Part shown: in pieces, positions 39,691-49,626 of the stretch
How the letters are laid out: every line of letters begins with the position of its first letter
Numbering within the stretch: the first letter of the stretch is position 1
Origin: Acidobacteriota bacterium
GTDB taxonomy: Bacteria > Acidobacteriota > UBA6911 > RPQK01 > JAJDTT01
Length of the DNA stretch: 64,000 nucleotides
NCBI GenBank assembly: GCA_965263035.1
Contig: OZ253580.1
Coordinates: 1,440,001 to 1,504,000, forward strand
Direction of reading: 5' to 3'
The notes under the pieces: generated by a model
Seen by the model: only the letters and a program-made list of their open reading frames with translations
What the model was told of the DNA's origin: nothing
The model's database searches: none
Position numbers and translations under genes: made by a program

Positions 39691-41019
39691 GTGAGGGCAA
39701 GGATCACGGATCGCCGCGGGAGCTTCAGTTGGCTGCTGGCGGGAATTCTGGCAATAGGCGGCCCGGCCGCGTTCGCCAACCCACCGCAGATCTCCCGTTC
39801 GGGGGAACCCGCGACCGTTGGCGTGGCCTGGGGCCCCGAATCGGCGGCGGACAAGTTGCGCCGATCCGCGGACACGGTCCTGGCCAGGGTCAGCGCTCTC
39901 CGCAAACTTCCTGCCACGAATCCCGTCGAGACGGGAGTTCGGAGCCGCGACGAGATCCGCCGCTACGTATTGGCGCGTATGGCTGAAGAGTATCCGGCTG
40001 AGGAACTCGATCTCGACCGGCGCTTTCTGGTGAAGCTGGGCCTGATTCCGGACTCTCTGGACTATCGCGGGATCCTGGTTCAACTGCTCACCGAACAGGT
40101 GGCGGGATACTACGACCCGAAGACCGGGGCTCTGTACGTGGCCGACTGGGTCCCGGTCGAGGAACAGCTCCCGGTGATGGCCCATGAGCTGGCCCATGCG
40201 CTTCAAGACCAGCACTTCGATCTCGACAAGCTGCTGGAGGGCGTGGAAGGAAACGAGGACGCCACCCAAGCCCACGTCGCCGTGGTGGAGGGGGAGGGAC
40301 TGGGACTCATGCTGGAATACGTTCTGGAGCCCCTGGGGCAGAGCTTCCTGGACATTCCGGACATCGTCCAGATGCAGAAGGACCAGATGGCGGACGCAAG
40401 CCAAAGCTTCGACGTCTTTCGGAGGGTTCCCGCCTTCTTCCAGGAAGCGTTGCTCTTTCCCTACGTCCAGGGGGCGCGGTTTCTTCAACATCACGTGCGC
40501 CGCGGCGGATGGCCGAGTGTGGACCGCATCTATGCCGATCTGCCCCGGTCTACGGAACAGATTCTCCACCCGGAAAAGTACGCGTCGCCGAGGGATGATC
40601 CGACCCACGTGGAACCCCCGCCACTTCCGCCCAGTCTCGGGGGGCGCTGGGAACGAATCTACCGGAACGTCCTGGGTGAATTCATGCTCCGGCTGGTCTT
40701 GGACGAGTTTCTGGATGAGTATCCGGCCCGGGACGCCGCCAGCGGCTGGGACGGCGACTCGGTCCAGCTCTACCAGGCCCCCGATGGAAAGTTGGCACTC
40801 TGGATCCGTTCCGTCTGGGACACGGAAGGGGACGCCGTGGAATTCTTCGACGCCTACCAGAAACTCATCCGGCTCAAATACAGTCAGGCCGAGCCGCAGG
40901 AAGCCCCGGGCGAGGCGCCGGCGCGCCGGCTCTGGAGAACGGAGACCGACACCCTGTTTCTGGAGCGGGTCGGTCGCCGGGTCGACCTGCTGGAAGCGAC
41001 CCTTGACAGTCCGTGGTGA
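39691..41019 (+). CDS. Secreted HExxH zinc metalloprotease-like protein
   Basis: VAGYYDP, AHELAHALQDQHF, EGEG, STEQILHP, ASGWDGD. Confidence 0.72.
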   Translation: MRARITDRRGSFSWLLAGILAIGGPAAFANPPQISRSGEPATVGVAWGPESAADKLRRSADTVLARVSALRKLPATNPVETGVRSRDEIRRYVLARMAEEYPAEELDLDRRFLVKLGLIPDSLDYRGILVQLLTEQVAGYYDPKTGALYVADWVPVEEQLPVMAHELAHALQDQHFDLDKLLEGVEGNEDATQAHVAVVEGEGLGLMLEYVLEPLGQSFLDIPDIVQMQKDQMADASQSFDVFRRVPAFFQEALLFPYVQGARFLQHHVRRGGWPSVDRIYADLPRSTEQILHPEKYASPRDDPTHVEPPPLPPSLGGRWERIYRNVLGEFMLRLVLDEFLDEYPARDAASGWDGDSVQLYQAPDGKLALWIRSVWDTEGDAVEFFDAYQKLIRLKYSQAEPQEAPGEAPARRLWRTETDTLFLERVGRRVDLLEATLDSPW

Positions 41020-41205
41020 AAGTCCCGCGTAGCACCGAGACCGTTCCTGCGCCCGCCGGACAAGGCGCGGTGAGGGAGCAGATTTGACCATATGTGACCG
41101 AGGCGCAACGCAGTCCGCGCACGATGCAGGGACGGTCGAATGCCGTGACGACTTTTACCGCGGGCTGTTAAGGGCCAAAGCGGCCGTCCTTGAGCGGCCG
41201 GCGAT

Positions 41206-41235
41206 TTGACAGTGAGGGAGCCGGAGGATTAAGAT
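41206..41235 (+). promoter_or_regulatory. Sigma70-type promoter for tatA
   Basis: TTGACA-18 bp-TAAGAT upstream of an RBS (GAGAGG) and ATG 41282. Confidence 0.55.
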
Positions 41236-41281
41236 GCCGACTATCGAGTCTTGATTTTGAATATCTGAGAGGTCACCGGAT

Positions 41282-41452
41282 ATGGGTGGTTTGGGTGCTA
41301 CGGAACTGGTCATCATTCTCATTATCGTGGTCGTGATCTTCGGGGCCAGCCGCCTTCCCCAACTGGGGAAAGGACTGGGTCAAGGAATTCGGAATTTCAA
41401 GGATTCCATGAGGGCCTCGCAGGAAGAAGGGATCGAGAAGAAAACGGAATAG
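41282..41452 (+). CDS. tatA: Twin-arginine translocase TatA/E subunit (absent from the ORF track)
   Basis: Manual translation [43 protein letters not shown]..., 56 aa. Confidence 0.93.
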   Translation: MGGLGATELVIILIIVVVIFGASRLPQLGKGLGQGIRNFKDSMRASQEEGIEKKTE

Positions 41453-41518
41453 TTCCGGGGAACGGCTCCGGAGCCGTTCCCATTCCACGTCCCCGCATTC
41501 ACTCCCAGTTCTTCTTTT

Positions 41519-41836
41519 CTACCCGGTTTCAGCGACGACCCAGTCCAGGTAGGCTTTGCTTCCCTTCTGCACTGGCCAGCAAAGGATTTCCGGGACGTCG
41601 TACGGGTGGAGTTCCGCGATCCGGTCCATCAAGTCCTGCAACCGGCTGTCCTGGGTCTTGATCACCAGCAGAAGCTCGGCATCCTCCTCGATCCGATCCT
41701 CCCACTTGTATACCGAGGTCACGTTCTCGATAATATTCACGCAGGCGGCGAGACGGTCCTGAACCAGCCTTCGGGCCAGTTTTCGGGCGGCGTCGGCGCT
41801 GTCGATGGTACAGAAGACAATACGAACCGGTGTCAT
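41519..41836 (-). CDS. cutA: Divalent-cation tolerance protein CutA
   Basis: LAACVN, SVYKWE, LHPYDVPEI; RBS GAGGAG before ATG 41836. Confidence 0.92.
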   Translation of the reverse strand: MTPVRIVFCTIDSADAARKLARRLVQDRLAACVNIIENVTSVYKWEDRIEEDAELLLVIKTQDSRLQDLMDRIAELHPYDVPEILCWPVQKGSKAYLDWVVAETG

Positions 41837-41849
41837 AGGCTCCTCCTCT

Positions 41850-42182
41850 ATGGCTATTAGTCGCAAGGCACGGCGGGAAATCTTCTGGATCCTGCTCCTG
41901 GCTGCCTGCTTTTCGCTCACCTACATCCTGATCTTCGCCGAAGGGGGCTACCTGGGGTTCCGCAAGGCTCGGGACGAGGTGCAGCAACTCCTGATGGAGA
42001 ACCAGGACTTGCGCCAACAGCGGCAGCTCTACCGGGACCAGATCCGGAAGCTCCGCGAAGACCCCGACGAGGTCGAACGCATCGCCCGGGATCGTCACGG
42101 CTACGCCAAGCCGGGTGACATCATCGTCAACCTCCCCGGCCGGACCGATTCGCCTCCAGACCGCGATCCAGGAAGCCGATGA
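41850..42182 (+). CDS. ftsB: Septum formation initiator FtsB/DivIC family protein
   Basis: Single TM segment, coiled coil, ERIARDRHGYAKPGD motif. Confidence 0.82.
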   Translation: MAISRKARREIFWILLLAACFSLTYILIFAEGGYLGFRKARDEVQQLLMENQDLRQQRQLYRDQIRKLREDPDEVERIARDRHGYAKPGDIIVNLPGRTDSPPDRDPGSR

Positions 42183-44085
42183 ATTTCTCCGGGTTCCGGG
42201 TCAACCCCGGAAATGTGGCCACCACCTCGTCTCCCGGCGACAACACCACGTAGAAGGGGAGCGCAATGGTCCCGAAGCGCTCCTGCTCGAGACGCATGTT
42301 CTCGGCATGCTCCAGCCCCGTGCCGTCGGTGTAGAGACGGACCAGCAGGTACTGCCGAAACCGCTCCTGGACCCTGGGCAAGGTAAAGACATTCGCCTCC
42401 ATCCAGCGGCAATTGGTGCAGGTGAAGCCGGTAAAGTCGATGAAGACCGGCTTGCCCGACTCCCGGGCGCTGGCCAGACCGGCCTCGTAATCGTCGATCC
42501 ACTCCAGTTCTTCCCCGGCGCCGCCTCCAGAGGAAACCCCGATGGATGCCGGGTTGCCGTAGTCGCGCGGAGGCAGGAACGCGTCCAATTCCCCCAGCGG
42601 GAACCCCACGAGGCCCCGAATCAGATGGATCGACAGGGCGGCGAAGAAGACCGCGAAGAAGGCCCGGGGCACGCCTATGGAATCCGACGCCTGCTCATGG
42701 GGAAAGCGAAACCAGCCCAGGAGATAGAAGAGGATCATAAAGGAGATGGCCAGCCAGATGGCGATCAGGCCCGGCCGGGTCAACAACTCCCACTGGTAGA
42801 CCAGATCGACGTTGCTGAGAAACTTGAAGGCAAAGGCGACCTCCAGGAATCCCATGGTGATCTTGACCGAGTTCAGCCAGTTTCCACTCCTGGGAAGCGA
42901 TTTGAGCCAGGAGGGGAACAACGCCAGCAGGAAGAAAGGCGAGGAGAAGACCATCGCAAACGAAGTCACTCCCACCATGGACCAGAGCCAGTCCCCCTGA
43001 ATGGCGGCGACCATCAGCGTTCCCACGAAGGGCACGGTGCAGGTGAAGGACACAAGCGAAAACGTCAGCGCCATGAGCAGGATCCCGGCAATCCCCCCCA
43101 CGGTCGAAGCCTTCCGGTCCAACGCCGTGGTCCAACTGGCGGGAAGACGAATCTCCAGCACTTCGAACAGGCTCAGGGCAAAGGCAATGAAGATGGCGGC
43201 GATCAGGAGATTGACGCCCGGATTTGCCGCCAGGCGGTTGATTCCGCCCGAACCGAAGAGGAAGGTGAGGCCGAAACCCAAGAGCGTAAAGGTCAGAATA
43301 ATCCCCAGGGAATAGAGGGAGGCATCCCGGAGCGCCTGACCACGGGTCACGGCCTGACGTTTGGTGAAGTAGGAGACGGTGATGGGGATCATGGGGAAAA
43401 CGCAAGGCGTGAGGAGCGCCAGCGCTCCCATGCCCATGGCAAAGGCGATGTAGCCCAGTGTCTCCACCGGAATTCCGTCCGAGTCCCCGGCAGGAACCGC
43501 GGCACCCGAGGCGGAATCAGGGGGCTCTTCCTGGACAACCGCCGCCGCCGTTGCTCCTGCAGCGTCGCCGGGAGAACTTTCGGCCGGCGCCCGACCCTCC
43601 CCGACCTGCACGGAGGCTTCCAGCACCCGGTTCCGGGGAGGCAGGCAGAGAGTATCGCTGCACACCATGAAGCGGACCTTCACCCCTAGTGTTTCCGCGC
43701 CCGGTTCGGTGGAGGAACGCACGCGGACCGGGACGGTAAAGTCCACCTGATCCTCGAAATACTCGGTATCGATTGCGAAACTGGGATCGTAGGCGACGAT
43801 GGGCGCGGGCTGGGTGACGGGACCGGCGGCCTCGAAGGCCGACTCCTTCACCACGGTCACCGTGGTCTTGACGGGCGGAGGCGGCTGGTTGAGGGAGTAG
43901 AGGTGCCAACCCGGCACCAGTTCGGCCCGCAACTTCGCGTCGAAGACGTCCCCGGCGGGGACCTCGCCCGAATCTACGAGCAGCTCGAACCGTATCTTGT
44001 CCTGAGCCTGTGCCGGCAGGATCAGGAGCAACCAGACCCAGCCGGCTCCAGACATTTTCGCAAACCGTTGAATTACATTCCTCAC
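42127..44085 (-). CDS. dsbD: Thiol:disulfide interchange protein DsbD
   Basis: N-domain GWHLY...CSDTLC, TM LTPCVFPMIP/SFTCT, thioredoxin CTNC; GTG start overlaps the pyrC stop. Confidence 0.92.
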   Translation of the reverse strand: MRNVIQRFAKMSGAGWVWLLLILPAQAQDKIRFELLVDSGEVPAGDVFDAKLRAELVPGWHLYSLNQPPPPVKTTVTVVKESAFEAAGPVTQPAPIVAYDPSFAIDTEYFEDQVDFTVPVRVRSSTEPGAETLGVKVRFMVCSDTLCLPPRNRVLEASVQVGEGRAPAESSPGDAAGATAAAVVQEEPPDSASGAAVPAGDSDGIPVETLGYIAFAMGMGALALLTPCVFPMIPITVSYFTKRQAVTRGQALRDASLYSLGIILTFTLLGFGLTFLFGSGGINRLAANPGVNLLIAAIFIAFALSLFEVLEIRLPASWTTALDRKASTVGGIAGILLMALTFSLVSFTCTVPFVGTLMVAAIQGDWLWSMVGVTSFAMVFSSPFFLLALFPSWLKSLPRSGNWLNSVKITMGFLEVAFAFKFLSNVDLVYQWELLTRPGLIAIWLAISFMILFYLLGWFRFPHEQASDSIGVPRAFFAVFFAALSIHLIRGLVGFPLGELDAFLPPRDYGNPASIGVSSGGGAGEELEWIDDYEAGLASARESGKPVFIDFTGFTCTNCRWMEANVFTLPRVQERFRQYLLVRLYTDGTGLEHAENMRLEQERFGTIALPFYVVLSPGDEVVATFPGLTRNPEKFIGFLDRGLEANRSGRGG

Positions 44086-45365
44086 GCTGACTCCTGCCGG
44101 TGGACGACCCGGCCGCCTACCACGGTTAGAACCGGCGCCCCGTGGAGTTCCCATCCCCGGAACGGACAGTTGCGCCCCTTGGACCTGAAGCCCGACGGAT
44201 CCACCACCTGCCGGTGGCCCGGATCGATGACCGTAACGTCGGCGTCCGCGCCTTCCGCCAAGGTGCCCTTCCCCAGTTTGAGGATCCGGCTGGGATTGAG
44301 GCTGAAGAGCTCCACCAGCCTGGGGACCGAGACGATCCTGGAACGGACCAGATGCTCCCAGCAGAGGGGGATCGCCGTCTCCATGCCGATCACGCCGCTG
44401 GCCGCCTCCTCGAACGGCTCCTCCTTGTCCAGCCGGGTGTGGGGCGCATGATCCGTGGCCAGACAGTCGATGGTCCCGTCCATCAGACCCTCCAACATGG
44501 CGTCGATATCGGGTTCTTCCCGCAGTGGAGGCATCATCTTGAAGTCGGTGTCGAAGTTCTGGATGTCTTCGTCGGTCAGGGTGAAGTGATGAGGCGACAC
44601 TTCACAGGTGACTCGGATTCCCTGCGATTTGGCGACCCGCACCTGGTCCAGAGACTCCCGCGTGGAGATGTGGAGAATATGGACTCTTGCGCCTGTGATC
44701 CGGCTCAGGATGATGTCCCGAACCACATGGAGTTCCTCGGCAGCGCGGCTCATGCCCCGCAGCCCCATACGAGTCGATGCCTTCCCCTCGTTCATGCAAC
44801 CACGGGCAGCCAGGAACAGATCCTCGCAGTGGTCCATCACCGGGATGTCGAAGATCCTTGCGTACTCCATCGCCCGCCGCATGACCTGACTGTTCTGCAC
44901 CGGACGGCCGTCGTCGGTGACGGCGACGATCCCCGCCGCCTGCATCTCGCCGATTTCCGCCAGCTGTTCGCCGCGGGAGCCCACGGTGATGGCGCCGGTG
45001 GGAAAGACATTCACCAACCCCGCATCGGCGGCCCGTTCCAGGATGAACCGGGTGATGGCGGCGTTGTCGTTGACCGGAGTCGTATTGGGCATGCAGACGA
45101 TGCTGGTAAAGCCTCCGGCCGCCGCTGCCCGGGAGCCCGTGAGTATGGTCTCCTTGTCTTCCCGCCCCGGCTCCCGAAGGTGCACGTGCATGTCGACGAA
45201 ACCCGGCGTGACCACACAGCCTGCGACGTCGATGATCTCGCGGCACTTGCGGGCGGACAGGTTCCCCACGGCAACCACTTTCCCGTCTTCCAGGAGGACA
45301 TCTGCCCGCCGATCCAGATCCTGGGACGGGTCTACGACCCGGCCTCCGCGCAGCAACAGACTCAC
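44082..45365 (-). CDS. pyrC: Dihydroorotase
   Basis: [21 protein letters not shown]. Confidence 0.95.
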   Translation of the reverse strand: MSLLLRGGRVVDPSQDLDRRADVLLEDGKVVAVGNLSARKCREIIDVAGCVVTPGFVDMHVHLREPGREDKETILTGSRAAAAGGFTSIVCMPNTTPVNDNAAITRFILERAADAGLVNVFPTGAITVGSRGEQLAEIGEMQAAGIVAVTDDGRPVQNSQVMRRAMEYARIFDIPVMDHCEDLFLAARGCMNEGKASTRMGLRGMSRAAEELHVVRDIILSRITGARVHILHISTRESLDQVRVAKSQGIRVTCEVSPHHFTLTDEDIQNFDTDFKMMPPLREEPDIDAMLEGLMDGTIDCLATDHAPHTRLDKEEPFEEAASGVIGMETAIPLCWEHLVRSRIVSVPRLVELFSLNPSRILKLGKGTLAEGADADVTVIDPGHRQVVDPSGFRSKGRNCPFRGWELHGAPVLTVVGGRVVHRQESA

Positions 45366-46297
45366 GGTTCCTCCTCGCCGGCGCCCAACAGGAGATAGAG
45401 GACAGCCATTCTCACCGCCAGTCCGTTGGTCACCTGATTCAGTATGACCGAATGGTCGCCGTCGGCGACCTCCGGATCGATCTCGACGCCACGATTGATG
45501 GGTCCCGGATGCATGATGATGGCATCCTTGCGGGCGGACCGCATCCTCTCCCGACTCAGCCCGAAGAGACGAAAATACTCCCGGACCGAGGGAAAGAAGA
45601 ATTCATGCTGCCGCTCCCTCTGGGTCCGGAGCATCATCACCACGTCCGCGTCGGCCAGAGCCTCCTCCAAATGGAACGTCACCGTGGCCCCCAACTGCCC
45701 GAACTCCAGCGGAATCAGCGTCGGGGGACCGCAGACCCAGACCCGGGCTCCCATCTTGTTCAGGAGATGGGTGTTGGAACGGGCGACCCGGCTATGGGAG
45801 ATGTCCCCGACGATGGCGACCTTCAAGTCCCGGATGGAACCCTTGCGCTCCAGGATGGTGTAGGCGTCCAGAAGCGCCTGGGTCGGATGCTCGTGCATTC
45901 CGTCCCCGGCATTGACGATGGAGCACTCGCGGCAGGCTTCGGCCAGAAGCCAGGGCGCCCCGGCCGCCGGATGCCGCAGGACGATGATCTCGGGACTCAT
46001 GGACTCCAGGTTGCGGGCCGTGTCGACGAGGGTCTCCCCCTTGCCCACGCTGCTGGTGGAAACGCTGAAATTCAGGATGTCGGCGCTCAGGCGCTTGGCG
46101 GCGATCTCGAACGAAGAACGGGTGCGGGTGGATGCCTCGTAGAAGAGGTTGATGACCGACCGGCCCCGGAGAGTGGGCACCTTCTTGACCGGGCGGGTCG
46201 CGATTTCCCTGAAGCTCCGCGCAGTGCTCAGAATCAGCTCGATGTCGGCAACCGACATCCCTTCGATGCCCAGAAGATGCCTGCTGCTGAGCGGCAT
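45362..46297 (-). CDS. pyrB: Aspartate carbamoyltransferase catalytic subunit
   Basis: [26 protein letters not shown]. Confidence 0.96.
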   Translation of the reverse strand: MPLSSRHLLGIEGMSVADIELILSTARSFREIATRPVKKVPTLRGRSVINLFYEASTRTRSSFEIAAKRLSADILNFSVSTSSVGKGETLVDTARNLESMSPEIIVLRHPAAGAPWLLAEACRECSIVNAGDGMHEHPTQALLDAYTILERKGSIRDLKVAIVGDISHSRVARSNTHLLNKMGARVWVCGPPTLIPLEFGQLGATVTFHLEEALADADVVMMLRTQRERQHEFFFPSVREYFRLFGLSRERMRSARKDAIIMHPGPINRGVEIDPEVADGDHSVILNQVTNGLAVRMAVLYLLLGAGEEEP

Positions 46298-46300
46298 GGT

Positions 46301-46834
46301 CTAAGAACCCTTCCGGGTGAGAAACACCCCTTCGTCCTCATCCACCGGGGCGATGTGCACGTCGACCGTCTGGTCTTCCCGGGTATCGACCCGGCGACCC
46401 ACGTAGTCGGCCTGAATGGGAAGCTCGCGGCACCCCCGGTCGACGAGCACGATCAGCTCGACCCGCTTGGGCCGCCCATAGTCCAGGAGACTCTCCAGGG
46501 CCGCACGCACGGTCCGGCCGGTGTAGAGCACGTCGTCCACCAGCAGCAAGGTCCGGCCGGTGACGGGGAAATCCAACTGGGACGCCCCGACGATAGGCTG
46601 CGGCCCGACCAGGGACAAGTCGTCCCGATAGAAGTTGATGTCCAGGATCCCGAGCGGCAGGCTGTGCCCCGTCAGATCTTCGATATTCTGCTTCAGACGC
46701 CTTGCCAGGGGAACGCCACGGCGGCGGATTCCCACCAGCGCCTCCTCCTGGAGATTCGGGTGGGACTCGACCAGGTCCGTGGAGATCTTCAGGAGCGTGC
46801 GCTCCATCTCCTGATTCGTCATCAACAGCTGCAA
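46301..46834 (-). CDS. pyrR: Pyrimidine regulator/uracil phosphoribosyltransferase PyrR
   Basis: GIRRRG, FYRDD, LVDDVLYTGRT, DRGCRELPI. Confidence 0.95.
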   Translation of the reverse strand: MQLLMTNQEMERTLLKISTDLVESHPNLQEEALVGIRRRGVPLARRLKQNIEDLTGHSLPLGILDINFYRDDLSLVGPQPIVGASQLDFPVTGRTLLLVDDVLYTGRTVRAALESLLDYGRPKRVELIVLVDRGCRELPIQADYVGRRVDTREDQTVDVHIAPVDEDEGVFLTRKGS

Positions 46835-47121
46835 CGGACTCCTCCGATTCGGGGATGCCGGCCGTTCTCAAGCCCGCCTGGCTCCGGGCGTGGGAGCGGT
46901 CTGCCCTACGGACACTCTGATAGCCGAACGGCTTCGCCAAGGTTCACCGAGGGCGGTCCGAGATTTGGAGATTAGCATAGGCAGAGCCCGGCGAGCATCA
47001 GTTGTGGCGAATTCGAAAGAGAGAGGCTCAACGCGTGGGTAGAGGCCCTGCCGGAGAATTCCCATTTCCGCACTCCCCTCGCTCTTGCTCTTCCCTGTGC
47101 TATCGTGAAGGAGTGATTCAC

Positions 47122-47940
47122 GTGGTCCAGGCGCCGGTCGTCGGGAGCGTCGGCTATCCCGGTTTCAACCACCTCCTGGCGCTTCGTTCCCGTGAGATCG
47201 CCGCCAGCGCGAAGCCCGGTCAGTTCGTCATGGCCGGTCTGATGGACTCCCCTTCCGACCCCCTTCTCAAGCGCGCCCTGGCCGTCTACTCGATCCCGCG
47301 CCCGGCCGGCGACGGCAGCATCCTCACGCTGTTGATCAAAGTGGTGGGCTCGGGGACCCGCCTGCTTGCGGCACTCCGGGAAGGCGACCGGGTCAGCCTG
47401 ATCGGCCCGTTGGGAAACGGTTTCGACACCTCCCGGGCCAAGGGACGGGTCAGCGTTGTCGTGGCGGGGGGAGTGGGCATCGCTTCCGTCTTCCTGTTGG
47501 CCAAGGAACTCAGCGAGGCCGGGGAGGAGGTCCACCTGTTGTACGGCGCCCGCCGGGCCCGGGACCTGGTGGGGCTCCAGGACTTTCTGGACCTGGGAAT
47601 CCAGGTCCAGGTCGCTACGGAAGACGGCAGCCGGGGTTTCCGGGGACTGGTCACCCAGATTCTGGAACCTTACTTCCGCCGCTATCCGGCGCAGAGACTG
47701 GCCGTCTACACCTGCGGACCCAATCCCATGATGCAGGCTGTCTCCAGGCTGGCTTCCGTTCACGGAGCCGGTTGCCAAGTCTCGGTGGAGACTCCCATGG
47801 CCTGCGGCTTCGGCGTCTGCCTGGGGTGCAGCGTGAGAACCGTCCGCTCCTATCGTCTGGCCTGCACCCACGGCCCCGTGTTCGACGCCCGACAGGTGGT
47901 CTGGGACACGGCAACGGATGGTGAAGGGGTCCATGCCTGA
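47122..47940 (+). CDS. pyrK: Dihydroorotate dehydrogenase electron transfer subunit
   Basis: KPGQFVM, GPLGNGF, AGGVG, MACGFGVCLGC...CTHGPVF; start uncertain (GTG 47113 or 47122). Confidence 0.92.
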   Translation: MVQAPVVGSVGYPGFNHLLALRSREIAASAKPGQFVMAGLMDSPSDPLLKRALAVYSIPRPAGDGSILTLLIKVVGSGTRLLAALREGDRVSLIGPLGNGFDTSRAKGRVSVVVAGGVGIASVFLLAKELSEAGEEVHLLYGARRARDLVGLQDFLDLGIQVQVATEDGSRGFRGLVTQILEPYFRRYPAQRLAVYTCGPNPMMQAVSRLASVHGAGCQVSVETPMACGFGVCLGCSVRTVRSYRLACTHGPVFDARQVVWDTATDGEGVHA

Positions 47941-48895
47941 TCCGGTCAGCCTCGCAGTGGAGATCTCCGGCGTCCGTTTCAAGAATCCGGTGCTGACGGC
48001 GTCCGGCACCTTTGGCTACGGACTGGAGTTCACCCGCTTCTTCGACATCTCCCGGCTGGGCGGCTTCTGCACCAAGGGACTCTCCCTCCTGCCCCGTCCG
48101 GGCAATCCTCCCGGCCGCATCTTCGAAACGCCGTCGGGGATGCTCAACGCCATCGGGCTGGAGAACGTGGGCGTGGAAGCATTCATAAGCGACAAGCTTC
48201 CCCGGCTGGAACCCTACGAGACCCACGTCATCGCCAACATCTTCGGCAAGAGCATCGGCGAGTTCATAGCTATCACCGACCGCCTCAACCCCTGTCCCAA
48301 GGTGAGCGCTCTGGAGTTGAACATCTCCTGTCCCAACATTGCCGAAGGAGGCATCGAGTTCGGACACGATCCGGACCTGACCTTCCAGGTGGTGGAGGCC
48401 GTGACCCGGGTCTCGGGCAAACCGGTCTGGGTGAAGCTCTCGCCCAACGTCACCGACATCCGCGTCTTTGCCCGAGCCTGCCAGGAGGCGGGAGCCGATG
48501 CCATCAGTCTGGTCAACACCTTCGTGGGCATGAGCGTGGACGTTCACCGGCGCCGGCCCATGATCTCCAATGTGACCGCCGGACTGTCCGGGCCGGCCAT
48601 CCGGCCCCTGGCGGTCCGCCTGGTCCACGAGGTCGCCGCCAGCGTCGAGATTCCCGTCATCGGCATCGGAGGCATCGCCACCACCCGGGACGCCTTGGAG
48701 TTTCTCATTGCCGGCGCCCGGGCGGTCCAACTCGGGACCGCCAACTTCTCCGATCCGTTGGCCTCCCTGAAGGTGATCCAGGGTCTGAAAGAATATTGCA
48801 GGAGTCACGGAATTCGGGACATCAACCAGATCTCCGGCTCTCTGCGAACCCGGGAGAGGCCGGTCTCCTCCCGTACGGCCGGCGGAGACGCGTGA
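47933..48895 (+). CDS. pyrD: Dihydroorotate dehydrogenase class 1B catalytic subunit
   Basis: ASGTFGYG, NAIGLEN, ELNISCPN, KLSPN, GLSGPAI. Confidence 0.95.
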   Translation: MPDPVSLAVEISGVRFKNPVLTASGTFGYGLEFTRFFDISRLGGFCTKGLSLLPRPGNPPGRIFETPSGMLNAIGLENVGVEAFISDKLPRLEPYETHVIANIFGKSIGEFIAITDRLNPCPKVSALELNISCPNIAEGGIEFGHDPDLTFQVVEAVTRVSGKPVWVKLSPNVTDIRVFARACQEAGADAISLVNTFVGMSVDVHRRRPMISNVTAGLSGPAIRPLAVRLVHEVAASVEIPVIGIGGIATTRDALEFLIAGARAVQLGTANFSDPLASLKVIQGLKEYCRSHGIRDINQISGSLRTRERPVSSRTAGGDA

Positions 48896-48899
48896 AACC

Positions 48900-49517
48900 A
48901 TGGGAGTCCACTTGCGCGGCCTGAGACATCGTTTGAGCGTGATGCAGCTCGGCCTCCACCTCGTCCTGGCGGCTCCGGTGGTCGCCGGGCAATTGTCGCC
49001 GACGGACACGACCGAATCGGCGACGGCCTCAGCCTGCCACGCCTTCGTCGACTTCGAAAACATCTGGACCGTCGAGTTGATCCGATCCCGAGACGAAAAC
49101 GTCACTCCCATCCTGAACATCATCACCTTTACCAAGGGGGAGTGGGACCTGAGACCCGATCAGATCCACATTTTCAACCGCAAGGGTAAGGAAGCCCGGA
49201 TCAAGCGCTTCGCCCTGGATACGGGCGTTCCCGGCGATGCCTACAAGAGCAACTACCTGAAGGTTCTGGGAAACAGCTTCGTCGGAGTCGACCTGGAAGG
49301 CAAGCTCAAGGACTTCCCTTCTTCCCCCCGTGTCACCATCGACCTGGCCCACCATCGCTACGAGCTCCAGCCGCTGGACTGCGGAGCCTTCGACAACCTG
49401 GCCGGCCGGATCAACAAGATCAATTTCAACAGTCCCGACATCAGGGAAGACTTCGACCTGATCAAGATCCCCCACCTGGGCCGCAGGCTGCCCCGGCCCA
49501 AGCCTCACGAGTGGTAG
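48900..49517 (+). CDS. Hypothetical exported protein
   Basis: Follows pyrD by 4 bp; signal-like segment; ORF without recognised motifs. Confidence 0.6.
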   Translation: MGVHLRGLRHRLSVMQLGLHLVLAAPVVAGQLSPTDTTESATASACHAFVDFENIWTVELIRSRDENVTPILNIITFTKGEWDLRPDQIHIFNRKGKEARIKRFALDTGVPGDAYKSNYLKVLGNSFVGVDLEGKLKDFPSSPRVTIDLAHHRYELQPLDCGAFDNLAGRINKINFNSPDIREDFDLIKIPHLGRRLPRPKPHEW

Positions 49518-49535
49518 GTTTCAGAGGAGTCAAGG

Positions 49536-49561
49536 GGGCCACCCACAAGGGCTGCCCCTAC
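49536..49561 (-). repeat. GTAG-type REP element
   Basis: Minus strand reads GTAG-GGGCAGCCC-TTGT-GGGTGGCCC, between convergent genes. Confidence 0.6.
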
Positions 49562-49626
49562 GCCGCCATCCAGGTCCCATTTTCTCTCTGGCCTTCGCTG
49601 GGTCTCGGTCCGGTGGGGAAGGCTCC

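Noticed and set aside
46835-47121. PyrR-binding attenuator (GAGAGGCT near 47021)
   Set aside because: Lacks the upstream ARUCC half of the motif and no clear terminator/antiterminator was seen.
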